A DNA stretch of 64,000 nt from a virus, in IMG/VR virus record IMGVR_UViG_3300044996_000496, positions 1-64,000 of that record. One strand, 5' to 3'. Shown here piece by piece: positions 16,844 to 27,116 of this stretch. The translations under genes were made by a program, and so were the position numbers. Every line of letters starts with the position of its first letter. Positions within the stretch are counted from its first letter, which is position 1. A model generated the notes under the pieces. It saw only the letters and a program-made list of their open reading frames with translations. It did not search any database and was not told where the DNA came from.

Positions 16844-17758
16844 ATGAATCCAGAACCGGATATCGTTGTTTATCATGGTGATCAAGATGGGTTTTGTGGT
16901 GCATGGCTTTTGCATCACGTTTTCCCTAATGCGGAGTATGTTAAAGCCAGTTATGGTGATAGAAATTTGTTTGATTTTATTGTGGGGATTTCTAGTAATA
17001 AGATTGTATTTTTTGTTGATTTTACTTTTTCATTGTTACGGGAAAATTATGATATAGCTAAAATAGCAAAACATGTTGTAATAATGGATCATCATAAAAC
17101 AGCAATTGAAAAACTAAATAATCTTGAGTGTAACAATGTAACAAAAATTTTGGATAACAGCAGATCTGGATGTAAAATGGTTTATGATTGGTTAATTGAA
17201 AATGATCCATATGTACCTTTACCATGTAATGCTTCCAGTATAGTCTCTACTGTATGTGATTATGATTTATGGACTTTCAAACTAGCCGGAACACAAAACA
17301 TCTTTGCAGCTATAGCAAGTTACCCGATGACATTTGATTCTTGGAATCGTATGTGTCTTATGTCAAATGGTGCTCTTTATGCAGAAGGTGCCATAATAGA
17401 GCGTTATAGAGCAACATTAGTTGATTCTATTATAAAGGATAACATAGTAATGTTAGATCTTAATGATGAAATTAGGATTTTTGCTGTAAATACTCAAAAT
17501 GAATTTGCCGTAGCTGGTAGCAAATTATCCAAACTTAATTTCAATAAACACAAAATTGGTGCAACATTTTATTTTAACTATGATGGCATGATAGTGTCTT
17601 TGCGGTCGCCGGATGACGGTCCAGATGTTAGCGATATTGCGAAAAAATTTGGTGGTGGTGGCCATGCTCATGCTGCAGGATTTCAGGTAAAATATTGTGA
17701 CATATTAATGTTAAGTAATGGAAAAACCGGGTCAATAAGGATAACTAGAGAACAATGA
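16844..17758 (+). CDS. DHH/DHHA1 phosphoesterase
   Basis: YHGDQDG, FVDF, DHHKTA, DYDLW, SLRS, DVSDIAKKFGGGGHAHAAGF. Confidence 0.9.
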   Translation: MNPEPDIVVYHGDQDGFCGAWLLHHVFPNAEYVKASYGDRNLFDFIVGISSNKIVFFVDFTFSLLRENYDIAKIAKHVVIMDHHKTAIEKLNNLECNNVTKILDNSRSGCKMVYDWLIENDPYVPLPCNASSIVSTVCDYDLWTFKLAGTQNIFAAIASYPMTFDSWNRMCLMSNGALYAEGAIIERYRATLVDSIIKDNIVMLDLNDEIRIFAVNTQNEFAVAGSKLSKLNFNKHKIGATFYFNYDGMIVSLRSPDDGPDVSDIAKKFGGGGHAHAAGFQVKYCDILMLSNGKTGSIRITREQ

Positions 17759-18516
17759 ACAAAATCAATAATAAGCGATTTAATGTATTAGACCGAGGAT
17801 TTATTGAGCTTATTGACATGATGGGTAGTGACAACAGAATTGTCTCATCGGCCAGAGTGTCTTATGGAGAAAAAACAAAAGGCGAAGAATCTGATAAAAA
17901 ATTAATTTATTACCTTCTTAGCAATAAGCACGAAACCCCATTTGAACATGTAGTTTTTACATTCAAAATCAAGTGTCCTATTTTTGTCATGAGACAATGG
18001 ATTCGCCACAGGATAGCATCTGTAAATGAAATTTCTGGGAGATACACAAAGTTTAATGAAGTCGAATATTATGTTCCAGAGTTAGCTCGCGAACAAGATA
18101 AAAAAAATAAACAATCATCCAATATTGCAAAATGGTCTCCAACAGAACATGAGCTATTCAAGAAAATTGTAAGAAGCTCAACCGAGCGATCTGTGCAGGT
18201 TTACAAACAATTGTTGCAATATGGAATCGCCAAAGAAATTGCAAGAATAGTATTGCCAGTAAATATGTATACAGAATTTTACTGGACAATAAATATGCGT
18301 TCGCTTATTAATTTTATCAAATTACGTTGTTCTGATGATGCTCAATTTGAAATACGAGAATATGCTAAAATAATTAGAGATATTGCATTTACTAGATTAC
18401 CCTGGACGGCTGAAGCAATTATAAAATTACAAGAAAAACCAATAAAACAAAAAACAGAACCCGAGTTGATCATAAATAATGACAAGGAGTCCTGCGCCCA
18501 GCAGTCCGCTGTATAG
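17755..18516 (+). CDS. thyX: FAD-dependent thymidylate synthase
   Basis: ARVSY, HETPFEH, RQWIRHR..SVNEISGRY, KEIAR.VLP, AQFEIR. Confidence 0.95.
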   Translation: MNKINNKRFNVLDRGFIELIDMMGSDNRIVSSARVSYGEKTKGEESDKKLIYYLLSNKHETPFEHVVFTFKIKCPIFVMRQWIRHRIASVNEISGRYTKFNEVEYYVPELAREQDKKNKQSSNIAKWSPTEHELFKKIVRSSTERSVQVYKQLLQYGIAKEIARIVLPVNMYTEFYWTINMRSLINFIKLRCSDDAQFEIREYAKIIRDIAFTRLPWTAEAIIKLQEKPIKQKTEPELIINNDKESCAQQSAV

Positions 18517-18530
18517 TATAATATATATAA

Positions 18531-18632
18531 TAACTCTAAGTAATAAACTCTATAGAGTTAACTCTTAAGAGATAACTCTGAAGAGGATCCTATCAAGATT
18601 AAGGTGAAGAACTCTAAATAAGAGGACTCTAA
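18531..18632. repeat. Iteron-like AACTCT repeats with 14-bp period; candidate origin or operator array
   Basis: AACTCT at 18532, 18546, 18560 and 18574, again at 18610, and GACTCT at 18625; units partly palindromic (CTCTnnAGAG); preceded by an AT-only run. Confidence 0.6.
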
Positions 18633-18646
18633 GTTAGGAGAGGGGT

Positions 18647-19132
18647 ATGATATTTAGATCTAGACTTTCTGGTTATTTATACTGGATTATGGGGCGTAGA
18701 ATTCCGGCGTGGTGTAGTGAGGTATCGGTTAATGATGATGCTGATACTATATCGTTTTCGTGTGATTATAATCAATGCAAAAATGAGTTTACGATTTCCG
18801 CAAGCGATGTTGATAAAGTTTTGCGGCTTCCGAATTTGTATACTATGAAGTGCATAAAGGTTATGAAGCTTGAAAAAGACTTTACTAATGGCGATATAGA
18901 ACCGTGGAGAATATTTACTAGTCCTTATCCGCTAAAAAGAGACGTTGTGAATCCGCAAGGTTCGATATGGTTATCGACGACTAGGTTGTTTAAGATAATT
19001 TATGTGTATGATTTTGAATATTTATCAGATATTAAGTATTCTTCTAGACCTGATATGTCATTATTTAATGGTTTATTGTGGGCTGGCCCAATTCCAGTTG
19101 GCGAGTTGCAAGAAGTTGTTTTTAACCGTTAG
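18647..19132 (+). CDS. Hypothetical protein
   Basis: 161 aa; GGAGAGGGG RBS. Confidence 0.65.
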   Translation: MIFRSRLSGYLYWIMGRRIPAWCSEVSVNDDADTISFSCDYNQCKNEFTISASDVDKVLRLPNLYTMKCIKVMKLEKDFTNGDIEPWRIFTSPYPLKRDVVNPQGSIWLSTTRLFKIIYVYDFEYLSDIKYSSRPDMSLFNGLLWAGPIPVGELQEVVFNR

Positions 19133-19666
19133 GTGAGGGGGTGCCGCTTGAGAATTTTGCTTCGTAAGCCAAGAATAAAGTATTATATTGGTAAAGATGC
19201 GTTGTCTCATGGAATACGTATGCGTGCTCCGCAAAAAGGAGATGTTGGTTACGATTTGTATAGCAGTAGAAGTGTTGATTTCTATCATTCAAGAGGTACT
19301 AGATACATTCCGGTCGTAGCGGTTCATACAGATATTTATGTAGCAATACCAAAAGGCTATGTTGGTAAGATATTTGATAGAAGCTCTGTGGCTTTAGACA
19401 AAAATCTTATTGTTTTGGCTGGAGTTATAGATCCTTCGTATCGCGGCGAATTGCTAATAGTTTTTGCTGACATTAGCTTTGGTCACAAGTGTACAACGAA
19501 TATAGAGTTACCCATAAGAACGATCCCAGCAAAGATAAAAATCGCTCAGATGATTGTTTTTGGCAGTGGTGGACTAATTACAAGTGAGCCTGAGATTGTA
19601 GACTCAATAGAGGACCTTGGGACGACAAATAGGGGCAATAAGGGGTTTGGATCTACCGGAAGGTAG
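19133..19666 (+). CDS. dut: Trimeric dUTPase
   Basis: GYDL, DRSS, GVIDPSYRGEL, IAQM and RGNKGFGSTG motifs. Confidence 0.92.
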   Translation: MRGCRLRILLRKPRIKYYIGKDALSHGIRMRAPQKGDVGYDLYSSRSVDFYHSRGTRYIPVVAVHTDIYVAIPKGYVGKIFDRSSVALDKNLIVLAGVIDPSYRGELLIVFADISFGHKCTTNIELPIRTIPAKIKIAQMIVFGSGGLITSEPEIVDSIEDLGTTNRGNKGFGSTGR

Positions 19667-19681
19667 TAGGAGGAAAATGTC

Positions 19682-20074
19682 ATGAGACGACTATTGATCG
19701 CTATGATTTTAATGTTAACACCATTAATGGCTTTCCCGGTGCAGTATGATAAAGATGGCGTGATTCCGTTTGGGGTTGATTTAACATGTAAAACTCCAGG
19801 TAGAACAATGACTGCATTTGAGGTAAAGCCGGTTATACAGCGTGTTTCTGGAGTTTCGGACACTCTGTCTGTGGCTCGTGTAACTGTAAGCAATACGGCA
19901 ACATCTGGTGATTACAGCATAACCATTGCAAGAGGGGAGAGGGTCGCAATAGCATCTAGAATAATTGAAACAGTTGGAGCTATTGAAATTGTTGGAGATT
20001 GGACTCAGTTTTCTGAGTTTGTAGAATATGTTGTGCCAAGTTCTGGCTGCTCGAAGCCGTGGTATAAGGGTTAA
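19682..20074 (+). CDS. Secreted hypothetical protein
   Basis: Signal peptide MRRLLIAMILMLTPLMA; AGGAGG RBS. Confidence 0.65.
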   Translation: MRRLLIAMILMLTPLMAFPVQYDKDGVIPFGVDLTCKTPGRTMTAFEVKPVIQRVSGVSDTLSVARVTVSNTATSGDYSITIARGERVAIASRIIETVGAIEIVGDWTQFSEFVEYVVPSSGCSKPWYKG

Positions 20075-20076
20075 TC

Positions 20077-20352
20077 ATGTCTAAGAAGTATTATAGGTTC
20101 AATTGGTCGAGAGTTGTTGAAGATTTTGATAATTTTCCATTTATTTATGATGTTTGTGGTGATTGTAGAAGTATAGTAATATCATCTGATGATAAAAATG
20201 CATTTATGAATGAGTTAATGGATAACATAAAAACATTCATAGAAGATGAGGCAATGGAAGAGCTTTCTGATGGTTCCGTAGGACGCAGTAATGGCGGGGC
20301 TTTAGATGATGACGATGATGATGCGAATGGTGAATTTGAATCATCATATTAG
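20077..20352 (+). CDS. Acidic hypothetical protein
   Basis: 91 aa with a poly-Asp tail. Confidence 0.6.
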   Translation: MSKKYYRFNWSRVVEDFDNFPFIYDVCGDCRSIVISSDDKNAFMNELMDNIKTFIEDEAMEELSDGSVGRSNGGALDDDDDDANGEFESSY

Positions 20353-20365
20353 GAGAGGTGATTAA

Positions 20366-21313
20366 ATGCGAGTTTCTGGTTTAATGTGTGTGTGGAATTG
20401 TGTTGAATTTGTCGAGCAAGCAATTTTAGGTATTATTGATAAAGTTGATGAACTTGTTGTAGTTGATGGTTCATGGAATCTGGACAACAAAAAAGGCTCC
20501 ACTGACGGCACAGAAGAAAAAATAAAGAAGCTTGCCAAACAGTTTGACAAAAAGATTTTTTTTCTGCAATATACTCCAACTCATCCAGAAGAATATCAGC
20601 ATTACTACAATGATGAGCACAAAGAGCATGTTCTTGGGCATTTTAACAAGCATAAAAATCCGTTCTACAAGCCAGGAAGGTTATCGCAACAACAGCTTGG
20701 AAGGGATTTTGGATTAAATTTTATACGAAGCAGATACTGCGACGACCCGGACGGTCATTGGCTACTTATTGTTGATAGTGATGAATTTTATCCAGAATGG
20801 CAGTTTGTAAATGGTAAGACATTTCATGATATTATAGAGGAATCAGTGGCCGACGCTACAAAAGTAGCCTTTCATGAGCCTACGCTACTGGCCATAGAAG
20901 CCATGAACTTTTACTTTGATAGTAGACATTTTGCTAATGAGAGATTTAACAGAATATTTAGACTAAGGCGCGATTCTTGGTTTGTTGATTCTAATACGAT
21001 AACTGGTTGTATGGATTATAGATATAATATACCAAAGATACAGTGCATGTTTTTTCATTATAGTTATATTGGTTCTGCTTTCAGAATGGAGTCGAAACTA
21101 GACCGTTGGGATGACTCAATTGTAAAGCCTTGGATAGAAAGGGTTTATAATGAGCCAAACTTTTATCAAAAGATGAGGAACAACGGAGGGGGCATCCATT
21201 TGTTAGGCAGCGTACACCCAGGTTACCGTCGTTACATGCTCATGGAGTACGGGGGCGAGCATCCAGCCCTGGCCTCTTTGGCCTTAGGAAAAATTGTAAA
21301 TGAAAATACATGA
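20366..21313 (+). CDS. Glycosyltransferase, GT-A fold (GT2-like)
   Basis: VDELVVVDG...GSTDGT, WLLIVDSDEF (DxD), FHYSY. Confidence 0.85.
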   Translation: MRVSGLMCVWNCVEFVEQAILGIIDKVDELVVVDGSWNLDNKKGSTDGTEEKIKKLAKQFDKKIFFLQYTPTHPEEYQHYYNDEHKEHVLGHFNKHKNPFYKPGRLSQQQLGRDFGLNFIRSRYCDDPDGHWLLIVDSDEFYPEWQFVNGKTFHDIIEESVADATKVAFHEPTLLAIEAMNFYFDSRHFANERFNRIFRLRRDSWFVDSNTITGCMDYRYNIPKIQCMFFHYSYIGSAFRMESKLDRWDDSIVKPWIERVYNEPNFYQKMRNNGGGIHLLGSVHPGYRRYMLMEYGGEHPALASLALGKIVNENT

Positions 21314-22163
21314 ATTACATAAAGGTTTTACAATAGGATTTCCAACTTGGAATAGATTAAATTATGTAAAAGCATGTGTTGAAAGTATTATTAAAAATAG
21401 TGCTTTTGAGCATGAGATTATTGTTCATATTAACGGTTGTACAGACGGAACTGTTGAGTGGGCAACCGATATGAAAAATAAGTATAGTTTTTTTGATTAT
21501 ACATATTCTGATAAAAATCTTGGTGTTGTTTTGGGCCACAATATTGCAATCAATAAAGGAACTAAAGATGTAGTATTAATTTCTGATAATGATATTTTAT
21601 TTTTTCCAGGTTGGGATATTGAGTTAGTAAATTTTGCTGAAAATAATGATGCTGATAAAAAATGGTGGATTAACTCTACTCCAATTGAGCCTCGCGGCGA
21701 CAGTCCATCATGTATTGCCCCTATGAATTACGGCACAACGATTGAAGAATTTAATTGGGATGCTGTTTTGCTTGATATAAATTATTTGCGTGGATTTAAA
21801 AAGTCAGTAAATTCCAATGTGTGCCCTGCGCTACTGTGGAGAGATAGTTTTGATAGCATTAACGGTCTAAATGAAGAGCTTGGGCTTGGGCTTGGCGCAG
21901 AGGATGATTTTGCTTTTAGAATGTGGAAGCATGTTGGTTGCAGAAATTTTGTTACAGTTCCGAATAGTCTAGTTTATCACTTTGCAGCAGGATTGAGCGG
22001 CGTGCAATCTTGGCCAGATAGGCAGAGTCACATGAATTTTCGTGATAATTATTTTATACAGAAATATGCTATGTGCAAAGAAGAGTTTATTTTTAATATT
22101 TTACGTAGAGGTAAACCTTGGACAAAAGATGGAATGGTTAGTTATGAGCAATATAAAAAATAG
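21300..22163 (+). CDS. Glycosyltransferase family 2
   Basis: PTWNR, EIIVHINGCTDGT, SDND, EDDF..R, VYHF. Confidence 0.9.
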   Translation: MKIHELHKGFTIGFPTWNRLNYVKACVESIIKNSAFEHEIIVHINGCTDGTVEWATDMKNKYSFFDYTYSDKNLGVVLGHNIAINKGTKDVVLISDNDILFFPGWDIELVNFAENNDADKKWWINSTPIEPRGDSPSCIAPMNYGTTIEEFNWDAVLLDINYLRGFKKSVNSNVCPALLWRDSFDSINGLNEELGLGLGAEDDFAFRMWKHVGCRNFVTVPNSLVYHFAAGLSGVQSWPDRQSHMNFRDNYFIQKYAMCKEEFIFNILRRGKPWTKDGMVSYEQYKK

Positions 22164-23307
22164 AATTTTATCTCTCGGTAATCAACCTATTGCTAATGGA
22201 TTTTTGGAAAAGCAGCATTATGCTACTGAATTTAGATACGATCTTTCTGTATATTTTGACAATAAAACTAAAATGTTAAAATTATGCAACACTGTTGCAA
22301 AAGAGCGTTTGTTTAATGCCGAATATGCATACAAAACTTCACACTCAAAAACAATGAGGGATCATTTTTATGATCTGGCTTTGATGTACAATTCTGCTAA
22401 AGTTATTGAAATAGGCAGTAACGACGGTGCGTTTATAGGTAATTTTGCTGGTGGTAAGAGCGTGGCGGTTGAGCCATGTGACAATATGGCAGAAATTACT
22501 AGAAAATTAGGAATATTGACATATAATAAATTTTGGGATATTGATTTAGCTGATGATATATTAACAGATTTTGGTAGTAAATTTGATTTGGTGTTTTCTG
22601 CAAATACAATGTGTCATATTGATGATTTAGATGGTGCATTTAGTGCCGTAAGTCACATTCTTGATGACGATGGAGTATTTATTTTTGAAGATCCGACTGC
22701 TTATAATATGATTTTAAATACTTCGTATGATCAAATATATGATGAGCATGTTTATGTGTTTAATTTGCATGGACTTTACGATATTTTGGCAAGAAATGGA
22801 TTGTATGTGTATGATGTTCTTGCATTGCCAAATATACACGGTGGTTCATTAAGGATAATATGCAAAAAACGTAAATATGATATTGATATACCGTGGTTCA
22901 GAAAAGAGGGACTTATTTTTGCAGATTCTGAAATTGGGTATCATATGTTTGCTCGTAATGTTTATGCATCTAGAGATAATCTTATATATTTATTGGAAAC
23001 ATTAAAAAATGATCACAAAAAAATTATAGCATATGGTGCGACATCTAAATCTACTGTTATATTTAATTTTTGTAATATTGGTGTTGATTTAATAGATTAT
23101 ATTATTGACACAACTCCAAGTAAAATAGGCAAGTTTTCTCCAGGTATGCATATTCCAATAGTAAATTTAGAAACTATACCAGATGATGTGGATTATGTAT
23201 TTTTATCTGCATGGAATTATGAAAAGGAAATATTATGTAAAGAGCGTGATTTTATTAAGAGAGGTGGAAAGTTTATTTCCCACGTTCCAATGATAAGGCT
23301 GATATGA
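22144..23307 (+). CDS. NDP-sugar C-methyltransferase (class I SAM)
   Basis: LGNQPIANGF, EIGSNDG, YDQIYDEH, HGGSLR, YGATSKS, KIGKFSPGMHIPI, LSAWNY. Confidence 0.9.
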   Translation: MSNIKNRILSLGNQPIANGFLEKQHYATEFRYDLSVYFDNKTKMLKLCNTVAKERLFNAEYAYKTSHSKTMRDHFYDLALMYNSAKVIEIGSNDGAFIGNFAGGKSVAVEPCDNMAEITRKLGILTYNKFWDIDLADDILTDFGSKFDLVFSANTMCHIDDLDGAFSAVSHILDDDGVFIFEDPTAYNMILNTSYDQIYDEHVYVFNLHGLYDILARNGLYVYDVLALPNIHGGSLRIICKKRKYDIDIPWFRKEGLIFADSEIGYHMFARNVYASRDNLIYLLETLKNDHKKIIAYGATSKSTVIFNFCNIGVDLIDYIIDTTPSKIGKFSPGMHIPIVNLETIPDDVDYVFLSAWNYEKEILCKERDFIKRGGKFISHVPMIRLI

Positions 23308-23735
23308 GGACTACTTGTACAAATACATCCATAGATGATGTTGTTGAATTTAATTTTAAAAATTTTCCAGATAATAGTGGAATACTTGTTCCAGTAGAAT
23401 TTAAATTAGATGTTCCGTTTTATGTTGAAAGAGTATTTTATGTTTATGACTTTGCTAAGGATTGTGTTAGGGCAAAGCATGCTCATATAGAATCATTGCA
23501 GATAATTGTTTGTTTATTTGGGGAAGTTGAACTTAAGGTTAATGATTGTACTAGAGAAAAAAAGATATTATTAAATAGACCATTTAAGGCTGTTTATATT
23601 CCAAGAATGATTTGGGTTGAGATGACATCCATGCAAAATAACTCAATAATTTTATGTTTAACAAATACTCATTATGATAAGCTTGATTATATTATAAATT
23701 ATGAGGAGTTTGTATCATGCAAAAGAAAGTACTGA
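23304..23735 (+). CDS. FdtA/QdtA-family cupin (dTDP-4-keto-6-deoxyhexose 3,4-ketoisomerase)
   Basis: PF.VERVFYVY, RAKHAH, IP.MIW, DYI.NYEEF. Confidence 0.85.
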   Translation: MRTTCTNTSIDDVVEFNFKNFPDNSGILVPVEFKLDVPFYVERVFYVYDFAKDCVRAKHAHIESLQIIVCLFGEVELKVNDCTREKKILLNRPFKAVYIPRMIWVEMTSMQNNSIILCLTNTHYDKLDYIINYEEFVSCKRKY

Positions 23736-24643
23736 TTACTGGCGGTCTTGGTCACATTGGTTCATATTTAATTCATAACTGGAATAAGAATGATCAAATT
23801 ATTGTAATTGATAATCTGTTAACGCAAAGATATTGTTCTTTGTTTTATTTGCCAGAAAATGTAAGATTTATTGAAAAAGATGTAAAACATATTAGTGATG
23901 AAGATTTAAACGGAGTTACACATATTATTCATTTGGCCGCTATAGTTGATGCTGCAAATAGTTTTTCCGATCCGTCTACAATAATGAGTGTTAACTGTGA
24001 GTATACGATAAAACTTTTAGAACTTTCAGAAAAATGCAAATCACTTGAATTTTTTATTTTTCCGTCAACAACTAGTGTTTACGGTTCAGGCACACCAAAA
24101 CAGATCTTTACCGAAGATAATAGTACACTTCTTAACCCGCAGAGTCCGTATGCAGAGTCCAAAGTACTGGCAGAGCGTGCTATAATGAAATCTAGTGTTC
24201 CTTTTCTAATATTAAGATTTGGCACAATATTTGGGCGTAGTATAGGAATGAGGTTTCAGACAGCGGTCAACAAATTATGTTTTCAGGCGGCATTTAATCA
24301 AAAATTAACAGTATGGAAAAAAAATATAGAATACTTTAGACCGTATTTAGGACTACATGATTGCTATAATCTTATCAATGGGTTGGTTTCTGGTAGGCAG
24401 TGCTTGAAATCTAGAAGTACATATAATGTTATAAGTTGCAATGAAAAACTTTCTAATATATTGAATATTATATGTTTCTATGTCGGTAAATTAGCTATTG
24501 ATTATGTTGATTCTCCGCTATTGAATCAAAATAATTATTTTGTTTCTGATGAAAAGATAAGAGAGTTTGGGTTTATTCCAGGCGACATGTTGGAGAATGG
24601 AATTTTTGAAACACTGTCTTATTTAGGTGTTAATAAAGTATGA
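23717..24643 (+). CDS. NAD-dependent nucleotide-sugar epimerase/dehydratase (extended SDR)
   Basis: ITGGLGHIG, IHLAA, SVYG, SPYAESK. Confidence 0.9.
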   Translation: MQKKVLITGGLGHIGSYLIHNWNKNDQIIVIDNLLTQRYCSLFYLPENVRFIEKDVKHISDEDLNGVTHIIHLAAIVDAANSFSDPSTIMSVNCEYTIKLLELSEKCKSLEFFIFPSTTSVYGSGTPKQIFTEDNSTLLNPQSPYAESKVLAERAIMKSSVPFLILRFGTIFGRSIGMRFQTAVNKLCFQAAFNQKLTVWKKNIEYFRPYLGLHDCYNLINGLVSGRQCLKSRSTYNVISCNEKLSNILNIICFYVGKLAIDYVDSPLLNQNNYFVSDEKIREFGFIPGDMLENGIFETLSYLGVNKV

Positions 24644-25302
24644 AAAATATCGTATTTTTTGGTGGTTCTGGACAAGCAATTGTAATGCGCGGTATTGCTG
24701 AAGATTGTGGATTTGGGATTATTGCTATTTTGGATGAGTTTTTAAGTACAAAAAGAGTTTTTGATGATATACCATTTTTTTGTGGACCTTCGTGTATTGA
24801 TGAGTTTGTGGGTTCTGGAGAACTTACCAAAAACGGAGATATTTATTGTGCTGTTACGATAGGCAATCCAAATGGATTTAGACGTATTGAATTATACAAT
24901 AAACTTAAAAATGAATTTGGTTTCTTGCATACTAGTTTAATAGATAAAACAGCGATCTTGCGTTCACCATATTTGATTGGTGCAGGGGTTCAGATTCATC
25001 CTGGTGTTGTTGTTATGCCTAGATCTATGGTTGGGTCTTTTGTTATATTAAATACAAAATCACTGGTAGAGCATGAATGTATTTTAGAGGATGGAGTTGA
25101 GCTTGGCCCAGGGGCAATATTGTGCGGGTGTGTTACGGTGGGGAAGTGTAGTTGGATAGGTGCCGGGGCAGTTGTCAGACAGCGTATTACAATAGGCGAT
25201 AATTCTATTGTTGGAGCCGGGGCCGTGGTCGTTAAGGACGTCCCGAGTAATGTTATTGTTGTTGGTAATCCTGCTAGAATATTGAAGTATAACAAACAAT
25301 AG
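24640..25302 (+). CDS. NeuD/PglD-family sugar acetyltransferase (hexapeptide repeat)
   Basis: GGSGQA, VTIGNP, VEHEC, VGAGAVVVKDVP..VVGNPAR. Confidence 0.9.
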   Translation: MKNIVFFGGSGQAIVMRGIAEDCGFGIIAILDEFLSTKRVFDDIPFFCGPSCIDEFVGSGELTKNGDIYCAVTIGNPNGFRRIELYNKLKNEFGFLHTSLIDKTAILRSPYLIGAGVQIHPGVVVMPRSMVGSFVILNTKSLVEHECILEDGVELGPGAILCGCVTVGKCSWIGAGAVVRQRITIGDNSIVGAGAVVVKDVPSNVIVVGNPARILKYNKQ

Positions 25303-25314
25303 AGGGATAGTATT

Positions 25315-25992
25315 ATGACAAAAAATGAATTTTGTGCTATTTTCAATTCTTTTGACACAACGAAAGTTACGTGTTCTGAGTGTTCGCATTATTCATTATG
25401 TTATTATAAACATTTTTCAGAATTATTAAATTCACAAAAGGTAATAAAAATTCTAGAATTCGGAGTTGATAAGGGGCAATCTCTGCTTATGTGGAATAGA
25501 TTATTCGCCAATTCAGAAGTGGTTGGTGTTGATAACAAAGAAGATAGGGTTGCGAATGCTGGTTTAATTTGTGCAGATATGGATATTACTGTTGTTTGTG
25601 GGGATCAGTCTAATATTTCGTTTTTGTCTGATTTGATAGATAATTTTGGGAAATTTGATATAATTATTGATGACGCTAGTCACATAAGTACTCAACAAAT
25701 AACATGTTTTGAGTATATGTTTGAGCACGGTCTTCTCGATTCTGGGCTTTATGTTATAGAAGATCTTGGCACATCTTATTGGTCGGACTGGTGTGACGGG
25801 GAAACGACAATGATAAAATATTTGCAAAAACTGGTTGACTCTGTGAATCATAGATTTTGGAAGCATGGGCGAATAAATGTAAAGCAATTGCCAGGAACTC
25901 GCGTTGACGGAGCATCCTATCTTGAGGAAAATGTAACCAGTATATGTTTTCACAGAGGAATATGTTTTGTTCAAAAAGGTAATAATTTTTAA
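25315..25992 (+). CDS. Class I SAM methyltransferase (MycE/TylE-like sugar O-methyltransferase)
   Basis: ILEFGV..GQSL..W, GDQS, FDIIIDDASH, YVIEDLGTSYW. Confidence 0.8.
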   Translation: MTKNEFCAIFNSFDTTKVTCSECSHYSLCYYKHFSELLNSQKVIKILEFGVDKGQSLLMWNRLFANSEVVGVDNKEDRVANAGLICADMDITVVCGDQSNISFLSDLIDNFGKFDIIIDDASHISTQQITCFEYMFEHGLLDSGLYVIEDLGTSYWSDWCDGETTMIKYLQKLVDSVNHRFWKHGRINVKQLPGTRVDGASYLEENVTSICFHRGICFVQKGNNF

Positions 25993-26003
25993 TTTTTTAT
26001 GGA

Positions 26004-27116
26004 GTGGTTTTTATGTTTAATTTAATGGATTTTGCCGCTGGTCCAAGTATGACGAGCTTAGAAGAATCGTATGTTTTAGACGCCATGAAGAACTGGTACG
26101 GCAAGGACGCATATAAATATTGTGAAATGTTCCAGAAGCAGTTTGCGGATTATCATGGCAGAAAGTACGGTGTTATGACTACTAATTGCACATCGGCAAT
26201 ACACTTAGCTTTGATAGCTGCCGGGGTTCGTCCAGGTGATGAGGTTATTGTTCCAGAGCTTACTTGGACTGCCACTGCAGAGCCTATTGTCTGGCTTGGT
26301 GCTAAACCAGTTTTTTGTGATGTTGAGTATAGATCTTGGTGTATTAGTCCACGTTCTATTATAAATAAAATAACAAGAAAAACTAAAGCAATAATAGCAG
26401 TTGATCTTTATGGCAATATGCCGGATTTTAATGAAATTGTTGATATTTGTAATGATTATCATTTATCTTTAATAGAAGATTCTGCCGAGGCGCTGGGATC
26501 TAAATATATGGGTAGATTGGCTGGTACATTTGGAGAATCGTCTGTTTTTAGTTTTCATAGAACGAAAACGTTGGTGTGCGGAGAAGGTGGAATATTGTTG
26601 ACTGATGATAAAAAAATATATGATTGTGCTATGTATTTTCGAGATCATTGTAGAGATAAAAATAGAATGTACTATAATTTAAATATTGGATATAAATACA
26701 TGCCTTTTAATGTTCAGGCGGCTATTGCATATGGGCAATTGCAGAGAATAGATGAGTTAATTTCTATTAAGAGAAGACATCTTGATTTGTATAGGACTAG
26801 ATTGGAGAAAATTGGAATGTTAAATATAGATAATGATAATGTGTATAATGGTGCGTGGATAACTTGTTTTATGCCTGAAAAGCGTCTTTATAAAGAGACT
26901 GTTGCTGAGACGGCAGCTAAATTTAATATACCAATAAGACCATTTTATTATCCGTTGTCTTCTTTGCCGGCTTATGGTGAATTTGCTAATAAATGTAAGT
27001 TAAATGAATCGTCATACTATTATAGTCAATATGGAATCAATCTTCCTGGTGCAATGATTTTAAGTGATGATATGATTATGTATATTTGTGATATTTTGGA
27101 GAAATGTTATGATTAA
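26004..27116 (+). CDS. DegT/DnrJ/EryC1/StrS PLP aminotransferase (perosamine-synthase-like)
   Basis: TSAIHLAL, GDEVIVP, IEDSAEALG, FSFHRTKTLVCGEGG. Confidence 0.9.
   Translation: MVFMFNLMDFAAGPSMTSLEESYVLDAMKNWYGKDAYKYCEMFQKQFADYHGRKYGVMTTNCTSAIHLALIAAGVRPGDEVIVPELTWTATAEPIVWLGAKPVFCDVEYRSWCISPRSIINKITRKTKAIIAVDLYGNMPDFNEIVDICNDYHLSLIEDSAEALGSKYMGRLAGTFGESSVFSFHRTKTLVCGEGGILLTDDKKIYDCAMYFRDHCRDKNRMYYNLNIGYKYMPFNVQAAIAYGQLQRIDELISIKRRHLDLYRTRLEKIGMLNIDNDNVYNGAWITCFMPEKRLYKETVAETAAKFNIPIRPFYYPLSSLPAYGEFANKCKLNESSYYYSQYGINLPGAMILSDDMIMYICDILEKCYD

Noticed and set aside
18531-18632. CRISPR array
   Set aside because: The repeat units are about 14 bp with no unique spacers, and no cas genes are present.
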